DNA of 64,000 bases, from the NCBI GenBank assembly GCA_965204575.1, contig OZ241993.1:736001-800000 (forward strand). Reading direction: 5' to 3'. Numbering within the stretch: the stretch's first letter is position 1; each line of letters starts with the position of its first letter. A model generated the notes under the pieces. That model made no database searches. It was not told where the DNA came from and saw only the letters and a program-made list of their open reading frames with translations. Made by a program: the position numbers and the translations under genes. Below are positions 10,426-20,119 of the stretch, piece by piece. This DNA comes from an uncultured candidatus Porisulfidus sp. Lineage in GTDB: Bacteria; Pseudomonadota; Gammaproteobacteria; Poriferisulfidales; Poriferisulfidaceae.

Positions 10426-11961
10426 ATGGATCCCGTAGAACTTGCCGTATTTTCAAGCCGCATGGAAGCATTGTGCGAGGAGATGGGCGCGACTCTGCGC
10501 CGCTCGGCATTCTCGCCCAATATCCGGGATCGCCTGGATTTCTCCTGTGCGATCTTTGGCCGGGACGGTCGGCTCGTTGCGCAGGCAGCGCACATTCCGG
10601 TGCATCTGGGCAGCATGGCCTACGCCATGCAGGACTTGGTGGACCGCTTCGACTGGAGTGATGGCGACGCCGTCCTGCTCAATGATCCGTTTCTCGGAGG
10701 CACCCACCTGCCCGACATTACCGTGGTCACTCCGTGTTTCCTGGATGGCGAACCCCAGGGTTTTGCGGTGAACCGGGCGCATCATGCGGACGTCGGGGCC
10801 GAATCGCCCGGTTCCATGCCGACTTCGAGCCGGCTGGAAGAGGAAGGCCTGATCCTGCCGCCGCAACGGATTTGCCGGGACGGGCGTCTGGACGAGTCGA
10901 GAATCGAGACCATCGTAGGCGCGACGCGGGCACCACGGGATATGCGCGGCGATCTCCTGGCCCAGGTGCATGTGAACGACCGGGGCTGTGCACGCCTGCG
11001 GGAGCAGGTCGGCGAGATGGGAACAAAAGCCTATGCTCAAGCCTTGGAGGCATTGAACGACTACGGGCGGATCATTGCGCGCAACGCCCTGCGGGCCATC
11101 CCGGACGGAAGTTACGAGGCCACCGAGGTGATGGAGGATGATGGCCTGGGTCACGAGGATGTCCGCCTGCAGGTCCGGATTGAAGCTCAGGACGGCCGGG
11201 TCCGGGTCGATTTCGAGGGCACGGATGCGCAGGTGGAGGGCCCGATCAACTGCCCGATCTCGGTGACGGCCGCGGGAGTCTACTACTCGTTCCGCTGCCT
11301 GATGCCCGCATACACCCCGGCATGTGCCGGATGCTTCGACGCGATTGAATTGTCTGCCCCGGAAGGATGCCTGCTCAACGCGCAATCACCCGCAGCCGTG
11401 GCGGCCGGGAACGTCGAAACATCCATGCGCGTGGTGGATTTGGTCCTCGCGGCATTGCAGCAGGCTCTCCCCGAGCGCATTCCGGCGGCCAGCCAGGGCA
11501 CCATGAACAATTTCGCCGTCGGCCAAGATGGCGAGGTATCCTGGGCTTACTACGAAACCCTGGCCGGGGGAATGGGCGCCCACGGCAGAGGCCCCGGCCC
11601 GTCGGCCCGCCATTCGCACATGACCAACACCCTGAATACGCCGGTGGAAGTGGTAGAGCAGGTGTATCCGATGCGGGTACGTCGATATGCATTGCGCCGA
11701 GGTTCCGGCGGGCAGGGCCAGCACCCGGGCGGGAACGGGGTAATCCGGGAGTACGAATTCCGCACTCCGGCGCAGTTCAGCCTGCTGGCGGAACGCCGTC
11801 GCCGGGCACCGTCGGGCGCCGCCGGAGGCGCGGACGGTCAGGCTGGGCGCAATTGTCTCAACGGCGAAGATCTTCCCGGCAAATGCCAGCGTCAGGTCGA
11901 GGAGGGGGACCGGCTGGTGATCGAGACACCGGGGGCGGGTGGCTGGGGGGCCACGTCGTGA
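10426..11961 (+). CDS. Hydantoinase B / 5-oxoprolinase subunit
   Basis: [47 protein letters not shown] and [13 protein letters not shown] at 10426. Confidence 0.92.
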   Translation: MDPVELAVFSSRMEALCEEMGATLRRSAFSPNIRDRLDFSCAIFGRDGRLVAQAAHIPVHLGSMAYAMQDLVDRFDWSDGDAVLLNDPFLGGTHLPDITVVTPCFLDGEPQGFAVNRAHHADVGAESPGSMPTSSRLEEEGLILPPQRICRDGRLDESRIETIVGATRAPRDMRGDLLAQVHVNDRGCARLREQVGEMGTKAYAQALEALNDYGRIIARNALRAIPDGSYEATEVMEDDGLGHEDVRLQVRIEAQDGRVRVDFEGTDAQVEGPINCPISVTAAGVYYSFRCLMPAYTPACAGCFDAIELSAPEGCLLNAQSPAAVAAGNVETSMRVVDLVLAALQQALPERIPAASQGTMNNFAVGQDGEVSWAYYETLAGGMGAHGRGPGPSARHSHMTNTLNTPVEVVEQVYPMRVRRYALRRGSGGQGQHPGGNGVIREYEFRTPAQFSLLAERRRRAPSGAAGGADGQAGRNCLNGEDLPGKCQRQVEEGDRLVIETPGAGGWGATS

Positions 11962-13430
11962 CCCGGGCGCTGTACACGGCGGAGCAGACCCGTGCCATCG
12001 ACCGGGATGCGATTGAACGCCGAGGCGTTCCCGGCCCTGAACTGATGGCGCGTGCGGCAGAAGCGGTCTGCCGGTTGATTCAGAAGGAATACCCGGAGAT
12101 CGAGCGGATCGTGGTCTATGCCGGGGTCGGCAACAATGCCGGGGACGGTTATCTCGTGGCTCGCCGGATGCAGGATCTTGGGAAATCCGTGCGCATCGTG
12201 CAGTTGGTTCCAAGCGAATCCCTGCAAGGCGATGCCGCGGCCGCTTGCGAGGAAGCAATGCGCGCCGAGGTTCCCATGCAACCGTTTGCGGAGGCGAATC
12301 CGGTCGACGAGGACCTGGTCGTGGATGCACTTCTGGGTACCGGCCTGTCCCGTCCGGTCGAGGGAGACTGGGCGGAAGCCGTGGATCACATCAACCGGTC
12401 GAATGCGGGTGTCGTGTCCGTGGACATCCCGTCCGGTCTGGATGCGGACACCGGGGTGGCGGATCCGCAAACCGTGAAGGCCGATCACACAGTGACCTTC
12501 ATCGCGCGCAAGCGCGGGTTGTACACCGCGGATGGACCGGACTGTGCCGGTTGGGTGACTTACGACGACCTGGAAGTGGAATCCGACAGTTCTTCGACAG
12601 TCGTGCTGTGCGATTGGGCAGAGATCCGCCGGGACCTGCCCCGGCGTCGCCGGAGTTCGCACAAGAACGAGTTTGGGCACGTACTGGTGATCGGCGGGCA
12701 TGTCGGTTATCAGGGCGCAGCCGAACTGTGCGGCATCACTGCCTTGCGTTGCGGGAGCGGCTTGGTGAGCCTTGTCCAGCCGCCGGAAGCTTTGAAGATG
12801 CGTTCTCCGATGCCGGAATTGATGTGCCATGCGATGGCGAACCGGCGGGCTCTCCGGGATCTGGCGGGCCGGGCTTCGGTGATCGCCATTGGGCCCGGGC
12901 TTGGACGGGATGCCTGGGCGCAGGACATGCTCGGGGCGGTTCTTGAGATGTCCTGCCCTCGGGTGATCGATGCGGATGCGCTTCGCCTGCTGGCTGCCGA
13001 CCCTTGCAAGAATTTGTCTGGAGATTGGGTCCTGACTCCGCATCCGGGAGAAGCGGCAGCATTGCTAGACACGAAGACCGCGGAAATCCAGAAGGACCGA
13101 TTCTCGGCAGTCGGGCGCATTCAGGAAACCTACGGAGGTGCCATCGTCCTCAAAGGGTGTGGCACGCTCGTCGCCGATGCCGACGGAGGAGTCGGCGTTT
13201 GCGCCGGCGGCAACCCCGGCATGGCGACGGCCGGGATGGGCGATGTGCTGACCGGTGTCATTGCCTCCCTGGTGGGCCAAGGCCTGGACATCGGGTCCGC
13301 GGCTCTTGCCGGGACCTGCCTGCACGCGGCAGCGGGCGACCTGGCCTGCGAGCGCGGGATGCACGGCATGACGGCCAGTGATTTGCTGCCCCACCTTCGG
13401 GCACTGTCGGATCCTCCGGATGCTGTTTGA
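11958..13430 (+). CDS. nnr: Bifunctional NAD(P)H-hydrate epimerase/dehydratase (YjeF)
   Basis: GNNAGDG, DALLGTG, VDIPSG, IGPGLG, DADAL, LTPHPGEA and ATAGMGDVLTG. GTG start overlaps the upstream stop. Confidence 0.93.
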   Translation: MTRALYTAEQTRAIDRDAIERRGVPGPELMARAAEAVCRLIQKEYPEIERIVVYAGVGNNAGDGYLVARRMQDLGKSVRIVQLVPSESLQGDAAAACEEAMRAEVPMQPFAEANPVDEDLVVDALLGTGLSRPVEGDWAEAVDHINRSNAGVVSVDIPSGLDADTGVADPQTVKADHTVTFIARKRGLYTADGPDCAGWVTYDDLEVESDSSSTVVLCDWAEIRRDLPRRRRSSHKNEFGHVLVIGGHVGYQGAAELCGITALRCGSGLVSLVQPPEALKMRSPMPELMCHAMANRRALRDLAGRASVIAIGPGLGRDAWAQDMLGAVLEMSCPRVIDADALRLLAADPCKNLSGDWVLTPHPGEAAALLDTKTAEIQKDRFSAVGRIQETYGGAIVLKGCGTLVADADGGVGVCAGGNPGMATAGMGDVLTGVIASLVGQGLDIGSAALAGTCLHAAAGDLACERGMHGMTASDLLPHLRALSDPPDAV

Positions 13431-13899
13431 TTTCGCAACGCAGGATCAGACCGAGGCTCATGCCGCCGCAACGGCCCGAGCGCTGGATGCCCCGTGCGTG
13501 TTCGCCCTCCGTGGCCCGCTCGGCGCGGGCAAGACGACCTGGGTCCGGGCTTTCCTGCGGGCTCTTGGGCATGACGGCGTCGTGCCGAGTCCCACCTACA
13601 CCTTGGTGGAGCCCTACGAGACAGGCGGGATGAAGGTCTGGCATGTGGACTTGTATCGCCTTCAGGATCCCCTTGAGCTGGAGGCGCTGGGAGTCCGGGA
13701 ACTGTTGGACGGCAACGCGGTGATGCTGGTGGAATGGCCGGAGCGATGGCCCGAGATCGAAGCCCGGTCGGACATCAGCCTGGACTTCCGGCATGGGGAT
13801 TCGGAGTCGGCGCGGCAACTCAAGGTGGATGCCGCAAGCGAGCGTGGGCAGGGTTTGCTGGAGCGGTCGGAATTGCGAAAAATTGAAACTCAAACATAA
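13420..13899 (+). CDS. tsaE: tRNA threonylcarbamoyladenosine biosynthesis ATPase
   Basis: GPLGAGKTT, SPTYTLVEPY, HVDLYRL and VEWPE; nnr-tsaE-ami synteny. Confidence 0.95.
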   Translation: MLFDFATQDQTEAHAAATARALDAPCVFALRGPLGAGKTTWVRAFLRALGHDGVVPSPTYTLVEPYETGGMKVWHVDLYRLQDPLELEALGVRELLDGNAVMLVEWPERWPEIEARSDISLDFRHGDSESARQLKVDAASERGQGLLERSELRKIETQT

Positions 13900-13908
13900 T
13901 ATAAGCCC

Positions 13909-15099
13909 ATGCTGAATCGCCGAAGATTCCTCAGTCTGCTGGCGTTGCTGCCACTGGGTTTGCCGACCGCCGTATCAGCGGCGAGGCGGTTGGTGGCGCT
14001 GCGCCAAAGCGTGAACAAGCAGCGCAACCGGATCGTGTTCGAGTTCGACGGGAAGGTCGAAATCGAGAGAAAGTTTGGCATCAAGAACCCGCCGCGCTAT
14101 GTCCTGGACGTCAAGCGGGCGAAGATCTCGAAATCCGTCCCCAAGTCTCCGCGCTTCGACCGCAACGGCATCGTCAAGGGCCTGCGTTCGAATGTCTCGA
14201 AGGACGGAACCCTCCGGCTGGTGCTGGACCTGAAGCGTTCGGCACCTGTGGATGTCAGCAAGTGGCCGACCCCCGACGGGAAGGGGGATCGGGTCGTGGT
14301 GGATTTCTTGGGGTCGTTCGTCGCGCCCAAGCCCTCCAAAAAGCCTTCGACTTCTTCGAAAAAACCTTCCGGTCGCGCACCCACCCCATCGATTTCGGGT
14401 CGGTCACGACGCCTGGTCGTGGCGATTGATCCCGGGCATGGCGGAAAGGATCCCGGCGCAGTCGGCAAGGGCCGGACGCGCGAGAAGGACGTGGTGCTGT
14501 CGATTTCGAAGAGGCTCTACAACCTGCTCAAGGCGGATCCCCGGATCACACCGTATCTGACCCGTGACCGGGATGTCTTCCTGCGTTTGAACCGGCGCAC
14601 CCGGATTGCGCGCGGCAAGAAGGCCGACCTGTTCGTCTCGGTGCACGCGGATGCGGCGCGCCGACGGAGCGCACGCGGGGCATCTGTTTACGCGGTCTCC
14701 ACGAAGGGGTCCAGCAGTTCCCACGCGCGGTGGCTCGCAAACCGGGAAAACGCGGCGGACCTGAAAGGGGGCATCGAGATATCGGGCCGGGACCCGGACG
14801 TGCAGGACGTACTGCTATCCATGTCCCGCAATGCCGTTCAGGAGTACAGCCTGCATGCGGGGGAGTTGATGGTGAGTTCGCTGAAACGAGTTGGAAAGAT
14901 GCACAGCCAACGAGTCGAACGGGCTGGGTTTGCGGTGCTGAAGTCGCCCGACATCCCTTCGATCCTGGTGGAAACCGGCTTTATTTCCAATGTCCACGAG
15001 GAGAAGCTCCTGCGTACCAAGAAACACCAGCGCCGCGTCGCGCTGGCCTTGCGCAGCGGCATCCGGAATTATTTCAACAAGGTGCCGGAGTACGGTTGA
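13909..15099 (+). CDS. amiC: N-acetylmuramoyl-L-alanine amidase (AMIN + Amidase_3), Tat signal
   Basis: NRRRFL twin-arginine leader; IDPGHGGKDPGA, FVSVHADA and LVETGFISN. Confidence 0.85.
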   Translation: MLNRRRFLSLLALLPLGLPTAVSAARRLVALRQSVNKQRNRIVFEFDGKVEIERKFGIKNPPRYVLDVKRAKISKSVPKSPRFDRNGIVKGLRSNVSKDGTLRLVLDLKRSAPVDVSKWPTPDGKGDRVVVDFLGSFVAPKPSKKPSTSSKKPSGRAPTPSISGRSRRLVVAIDPGHGGKDPGAVGKGRTREKDVVLSISKRLYNLLKADPRITPYLTRDRDVFLRLNRRTRIARGKKADLFVSVHADAARRRSARGASVYAVSTKGSSSSHARWLANRENAADLKGGIEISGRDPDVQDVLLSMSRNAVQEYSLHAGELMVSSLKRVGKMHSQRVERAGFAVLKSPDIPSILVETGFISNVHEEKLLRTKKHQRRVALALRSGIRNYFNKVPEYG

Positions 15100-15120
15100 C
15101 CGGAATTTCCCGGTCGGCCT

Positions 15121-15954
15121 TCATGCGTCGAAGTAGCCGAACCACAATCCCGGCAAGTCTCCCTCGGCTTCCGCCAGGTGCAGTTCCACGAGTTTGAGTG
15201 AGTCGGCCTGCGAGGCCGGCAGGAATGACCCGACCGTCAATGCGGGATGCCCGCCGTGCAGCCGGTGCAACCAAGTCAGGTACAGGCGGTTGACTTGGCC
15301 GGATTGCATCAGGATGCCGTTCATCCGGGGACCGCAGAACAGGTATGCCGTCCGCGCACCGAGCTCCTTCAGATGGGCGACGACCGTCTCGCTTCCGACC
15401 CAGTCGGCCTCATCACCGAGAATTACGTCGACGCCTTGTTCGCGCAGTTCGGCGGCTCGCTGTTCCGGGGCATTTGCCGGTGCCAAGACACGCAGGACTT
15501 GGCGATGCTCGGCGACGGATGCCGGAATCTGGAAATCCAGGCTCCGGCTGACCACCAGCACGGTGGGGAAAAGTGAGTCGTGATTCCGCGTGCGGTAGTC
15601 GAGCAGGTCTTGGAATTCCGGTGTTTGCGGCAATTGCAGCAGATTCCCGAGGCTGCCGCGTTCCAGGTCGCGCAGGTAGCCGCCGCTGGTGATCAGGCAG
15701 TCGGCCTGGGCCATGAGTTCGCACAGGAGCCTCAGGTCGCGCGGGTCGGTCAGGGTTGCGGGATGTGTCCAGCTGCCTTGGCCGTCGTCGATTGCGATGG
15801 CGCCATTGAGGCTCATGATGAAGCTGCTGTAGATGTACGGTTGATCGGCTTCTGCCTGTTCGACAAGCCGGTGTCCAAGACACAGGCCTGACAATGGATG
15901 GCGGGCGGCATCCGGCGGATATAAACGGGTCAGGGAGGTCGGCATGGCGGGCAT
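15121..15954 (-). CDS. RibD C-terminal / dihydrofolate reductase-fold protein
   Basis: PYIYSSFIMSLNGAI, DLRLLCELMAQAD and YLFCGPRMN resemble RibD_C. Start at 15945 or 15954. Confidence 0.7.
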   Translation of the reverse strand: MPAMPTSLTRLYPPDAARHPLSGLCLGHRLVEQAEADQPYIYSSFIMSLNGAIAIDDGQGSWTHPATLTDPRDLRLLCELMAQADCLITSGGYLRDLERGSLGNLLQLPQTPEFQDLLDYRTRNHDSLFPTVLVVSRSLDFQIPASVAEHRQVLRVLAPANAPEQRAAELREQGVDVILGDEADWVGSETVVAHLKELGARTAYLFCGPRMNGILMQSGQVNRLYLTWLHRLHGGHPALTVGSFLPASQADSLKLVELHLAEAEGDLPGLWFGYFDA

Positions 15955-16003
15955 CCCCGTACAATATACAGGAGATTTTTACGCTGCCGCGCACGGAAAT
16001 ACC

Positions 16004-17305
16004 TTGGATTCATTTGACCTGAGAGGGTTTCGCGATACCGCGCCCTACGTGCACGCCCACCGTGGGCGGACGTTCGTCCTGTGCCTGGACAGTGCGGTGC
16101 TGGAGCATCCTGGCGAAGACACGTTGTTGCAGGATATCGCGCAACTGCAGGCGCTGGGAATCCGGTTGGTGCTGGTATTCGGTGCACGTTGCCGGATTGA
16201 TCGGCGGCTTCCGAACTCCGATTTTCATAACGGTTGCCGAATCACCCGGGCCTCGGACATGCCCGTGGTGCTGGAGACGGTTGGAGCCTTGCAGTCCGAA
16301 ATCCAGGCGCGCCTGTCGCGGGGGTTGATGAACACGCCGATGGCCGGCATGCGGCTGCGCGTCCTGACCGGCAACCTGGTGGCCGCCCGGCCCCGCGGGG
16401 TTCATGACGGGGTGGATTTCGAGCATACCGGCGAAGTGCGGCGGGTTGCCGCCAATGCGGTCGAAAACCTGTTGCAACAGGACGCCATCGTCCTGATTCC
16501 GCCGCTCGGCTACTCGGCGACCGGCGAGACATTCAATCTCAATGCTGCGGCATTGGCCTGCACGGTAGCCCAGTCCATTTCTGCGGACAAATTGATCTAC
16601 CTGCATGCGGAGCCGGTCTTGCGGACTCGCCGTGGCCTGATCCGGCAAATGACCTCAAGCGAAGCGCTTGCATTGATTCGCAGGCGCAAGCTCAGTCCCG
16701 TTCAGCGCCAGATGCTTCAGGGTGCCGTGGATGCCAGCCTGTCTTCGGTGGGCCGGATTCACTTGTTGGACGTACGCCGTGATGGCGTATTGCTGCAGGA
16801 ACTGTTCACCCGGACCGGTGCCGGGGTCATGGTCACGCGCACCGAGGCCTATGCGCCCCGGCAGGCGGAGATCGCAGATATCGGCGGCATCATGGGCTTG
16901 CTGAACCCGCTGGTCAGACAAGGTGTTCTGGCGGGGCGAACCCGGGAAGAGTTGGAATTGCGCATCCACAATTTCCGCGTGATCGAACTGGACGGGCTGA
17001 TCACGGCCTGCGCCTGCCTGCATCCGATCAGCGAAACCCATGCGGAACTGATCTGCCTCGCGGTTCATCCGGAATACCAGGGCCAGGGGTTCGGGCATGC
17101 CCTGCTGGACGATGCGGAGACCCGTGCGTTCGAGAACGGCTTCCGGCAGATCTACGTCTTGACCACGCGGGCCATGCACTGGTTCCGAGAGCAGGGGTTC
17201 CGGCCTTCCTCGCCGCGTTCCCTGCCGGTGGCACGACGGAAGTTCTACAACAACCAGCGCAATGCCAGGGTGCTGGCCAAGGTTCTGGAGGATCGGCATG
17301 GGTGA
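16004..17305 (+). CDS. argA: Amino-acid N-acetyltransferase (N-acetylglutamate synthase)
   Basis: APYVHAHRGRTFV, GYSATGETFNL and LLQELFTRTGAG, plus C-terminal GNAT (CLAVHPEYQGQGFG). TTG start at 16004 inferred; ORF is open from 15944. Confidence 0.93.
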   Translation: MDSFDLRGFRDTAPYVHAHRGRTFVLCLDSAVLEHPGEDTLLQDIAQLQALGIRLVLVFGARCRIDRRLPNSDFHNGCRITRASDMPVVLETVGALQSEIQARLSRGLMNTPMAGMRLRVLTGNLVAARPRGVHDGVDFEHTGEVRRVAANAVENLLQQDAIVLIPPLGYSATGETFNLNAAALACTVAQSISADKLIYLHAEPVLRTRRGLIRQMTSSEALALIRRRKLSPVQRQMLQGAVDASLSSVGRIHLLDVRRDGVLLQELFTRTGAGVMVTRTEAYAPRQAEIADIGGIMGLLNPLVRQGVLAGRTREELELRIHNFRVIELDGLITACACLHPISETHAELICLAVHPEYQGQGFGHALLDDAETRAFENGFRQIYVLTTRAMHWFREQGFRPSSPRSLPVARRKFYNNQRNARVLAKVLEDRHG

Positions 17306-18728
17306 CGAGATCCGCACGGACCAGTTCAGCGAATCCGACGCGAAGCGTTTCCGGCGTGCGCTGGAGCGCGAAACCGAATTGCTCGGCCGTTGGTTCCGGG
17401 ACCGGCATTTCGACGATCAGACGTACCAGGTCGGCTTCGAGTTGGAAACTTGGCTGATCGACCTGGACTGCCACCCGCTGCCGCACAACGATGCCTACCT
17501 GGAGCGGTACAACGACCCGCTCTGCCTGCCGGAACTGTCGCGGTTCAACGTCGAGTTCAACACGCCGCACACCCAGGTGGGCTCTGGCATGCTGTCCCTT
17601 CTCCATCGGCAGTTGGACGAGTCCTGGACGCGTGCGACGGAAGTGGCGGAGTCCATGGACATGCGGCTCGGCATGATCGGCATCCTGCCGACCGTGCAGG
17701 AGAGCGACCTGACGGTCGACAGCATGAGCCAGCTGAAGCGCTACCGGGCGCTCAACGAGCGCGTCATGGACCTGCGCAAGAATCGTCCGCTGCAGATCGA
17801 CATCCGTGGGCGGGATCACTTGTTCAGCCTGCACGAGGATGTGATGCTGGAATCCGCTTGCACCTCGTTCCAGGTTCACCTCCAGGTTCCCCAATCGCGG
17901 ACGGTCGCCGCCTACAACGCCTCGATGGCCCTGTCCGCGGCCACGGTCGCCATGTCCTGCAACGCGCCGTTCCTGTTCGGAAGGGATCTGTGGGACGAGA
18001 CCCGGGTGCCGCTGTTCGAGCAGTCGGTCAGTTTGTCCACGTTTGCCGGCCAGACCCACCAGCGCATTGGGCGGGTCGGTTGCGGCAGCGGTTGCGCGCG
18101 TGAATCGCTGTTCGAGTTCTTCGAGGAGAACCTGAACGTTTTCCCGGTCATTCTGCCGCAGCCTTTCCAGTCGGAGAACGAGCAGTTCATGCATCTGAAG
18201 CTCCACAACGGCACGATCTGGCGCTGGAACCGCCCGCTGATCGGAAGCGAGAACGGCGTGCCGCATTTGCGCATCGAACACCGGGTCATGCCTTCGGGGC
18301 CGACCGGGATCGACATGATTGCGAACGTGGCGTTCTGGGTGGGCGCAATGATGGCGGCCCTGGAAGGGGGAGAAGGAGCCGTTTTGGACATCCCGTTCGC
18401 AACGGCGCGGGAGAACTTCTACCGGGCAGCTTGCACCGGCCTTGATACCAAGATCACTTGGGGTGATGGCGCCGAGCACCCGATTTCGGAGTTGATTCTG
18501 GAGACTTTGCTGCCGATGGCACGCCGGGGATTGAAGGCCAGCGGCCTCAGCGAATCGGAATCAGACCGCTATCTCGATATCATTGAAGCACGCGTGGAGA
18601 AAGGGCGGACTGGTGCACGCTGGATGCGCGCCTGGCGTTATTCTCACGATGGAAACATGCGATCCCTGGTCGGTGCCTACCTGACGCGCCAGCAGAGCGG
18701 AGTGCCGGTGCACGAGTGGCCGCTGTGA
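17298..18728 (+). CDS. Glutamate--cysteine ligase family (GCS2-like) carboxylate-amine ligase
   Basis: GFELE, ELSRFNVE, TSFQVHLQ, NAPFLFG, HNGTIWRWNRP and RIEHRVMPSGPT. GGAGG RBS at 17287. Confidence 0.82.
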   Translation: MGDEIRTDQFSESDAKRFRRALERETELLGRWFRDRHFDDQTYQVGFELETWLIDLDCHPLPHNDAYLERYNDPLCLPELSRFNVEFNTPHTQVGSGMLSLLHRQLDESWTRATEVAESMDMRLGMIGILPTVQESDLTVDSMSQLKRYRALNERVMDLRKNRPLQIDIRGRDHLFSLHEDVMLESACTSFQVHLQVPQSRTVAAYNASMALSAATVAMSCNAPFLFGRDLWDETRVPLFEQSVSLSTFAGQTHQRIGRVGCGSGCARESLFEFFEENLNVFPVILPQPFQSENEQFMHLKLHNGTIWRWNRPLIGSENGVPHLRIEHRVMPSGPTGIDMIANVAFWVGAMMAALEGGEGAVLDIPFATARENFYRAACTGLDTKITWGDGAEHPISELILETLLPMARRGLKASGLSESESDRYLDIIEARVEKGRTGARWMRAWRYSHDGNMRSLVGAYLTRQQSGVPVHEWPL

Positions 18729-18735
18729 GCGAGTC

Positions 18736-19734
18736 ATGCTGAAAGTCCTGGATCACTTGCCGCCGGGATTGGCAGACTGCCCGGCCGAAGGCCTGGAAGA
18801 AGTTCTTGGTGGACCAACCCTGCTGCATTTGCCTGGGGAGCGTCCCGATCCGCTGTTTCTGTCAGTCTTGCTTCACGGCAACGAAATTGCAGGCTGGGAG
18901 GCGGTGCGCGGAATCCTCAGGGATTTCTCCGAAGCGCGTCTGCCGCGTTCGCTATCCGTCCTGATCGGCAATGTCAAGGCAGCCCGTCTCGGCTTGCGCC
19001 GTCTTGACGGCCAGCAGGACTACAACCGGGTCTGGGATGGCGGCGACAGTCCGGAACATCGCATGGCACGCCAAGTGGTGGAGGAGATGCGCCGTCGCAG
19101 TCCGATCGCCAGCATCGACGTGCACAACACGACTGGCCCGAACCCACACTATGCCTGCGTCAATTGGCTGGATGGGCGCTCGCTGTACCTAGCGCAGCGA
19201 TTTTCCAGGACCGCGGTGTATTTTCGGGCCCTGCTCGGGATGCAGTCGATGGCGTTCAGCGACTTGTGCCCATCCATAACCATCGAATGCGGCCTGCCGG
19301 AGAGCCCGGAGGGCATCGTCCATGCCAAGGCGTATCTGGAGCAGCGATTGTTCGAGGAATCCATTCCGGATCATCTGCCAGTCGCAGACGAGTTGGAGTT
19401 GTTCCACACCCGGGCCCGGGTACGGATTCCCGAAGGCCTGTCATTCAGTTTTCAGCATCAGGATGCCGATTTCTACATGCCGGAGGAACTGGTGGAGCAG
19501 AATTTTCGGGAATTGCCCGAAGGAACGGCTTTCGGGATGTGGGGAGATGGGGTCGATCCGCGCCTGAAAGTTCAGGATGAAGAAGGGAAAGATGTCTTCG
19601 ACATGTATTTTGAGAACCGGGGTCGGCAATTGATGGTTCGGCAACCGTTTTTCCTATCGATGTTGACGACACGGGAGAAGATCGTGGAGCAGGATTGCTT
19701 GTGCTACCTCATGGAGAAGATGACCCATTACTGA
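18736..19734 (+). CDS. M14-type metallopeptidase (succinylglutamate desuccinylase/aspartoacylase family)
   Basis: LHGNE, DYNRVW, IDVHN and TIECG zinc/catalytic motifs. Confidence 0.82.
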   Translation: MLKVLDHLPPGLADCPAEGLEEVLGGPTLLHLPGERPDPLFLSVLLHGNEIAGWEAVRGILRDFSEARLPRSLSVLIGNVKAARLGLRRLDGQQDYNRVWDGGDSPEHRMARQVVEEMRRRSPIASIDVHNTTGPNPHYACVNWLDGRSLYLAQRFSRTAVYFRALLGMQSMAFSDLCPSITIECGLPESPEGIVHAKAYLEQRLFEESIPDHLPVADELELFHTRARVRIPEGLSFSFQHQDADFYMPEELVEQNFRELPEGTAFGMWGDGVDPRLKVQDEEGKDVFDMYFENRGRQLMVRQPFFLSMLTTREKIVEQDCLCYLMEKMTHY

Positions 19735-19746
19735 AAGGCTGTATTG

Positions 19747-19808
19747 TTGACCTAATCATAATTATTATTATAATAGTAGTTATATGTAAATTATTGCAGT
19801 AACTACTA
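19747..19808 (+). promoter_or_regulatory. Sigma70 promoter and inverted-repeat operator of hipBA
   Basis: TTGACC (19747)-16 nt-TATAAT (19769); inverted repeat TAGTAGTTA (19774) / TAACTACTA (19800). Confidence 0.65.
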
Positions 19809-19810
19809 CT

Positions 19811-20119
19811 ATGGAATATCTTTTTACCCTATCAAAAGCACGACAAGACCTTGCCCGACATGTCAAGGCAAGGCGTCTGGCCATGGGACTGACGCAGCAA
19901 GGCTTGGCGGATCGCTCCGGGGTGAAATTGGCCACGTTGCGCAAGTTCGAGCAGAAAGGGGCGATTTCTCTGGAGTCTTTTCTCAAGTTGCTGATGGTTC
20001 TCGGCGGTTTGGATCTCGTGGTCGAAGCGGTAAAGCCGGGGCAGGCTAGGTTCTCCTCCATTGACGAGGTGCTGGAAAAAGCCGAAAAGAAAATGCCTCA
20101 AAGGGGATGGCGTACATGA
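19811..20119 (+). CDS. hipB: XRE/HTH antitoxin (HipB-like)
   Basis: RRLAMGLTQQGLADRSGVKLATLRKFEQKG HTH; lies upstream of and overlaps hipA. Confidence 0.82.
   Translation: MEYLFTLSKARQDLARHVKARRLAMGLTQQGLADRSGVKLATLRKFEQKGAISLESFLKLLMVLGGLDLVVEAVKPGQARFSSIDEVLEKAEKKMPQRGWRT

Noticed and set aside
11367-11957. 197-aa N-terminal extension of the nnr ORF (687 aa in the track)
   Set aside because: It overlaps hydantoinase B in another frame and is Arg/Gly/Pro-rich shadow sequence. Homology begins at the GTG at 11958.
14310-14400. Lys/Ser/Pro quasi-repeat in the amidase (PSKKPSTSSKKPS)
   Set aside because: Ordinary low-complexity linker between the AMIN and catalytic domains.
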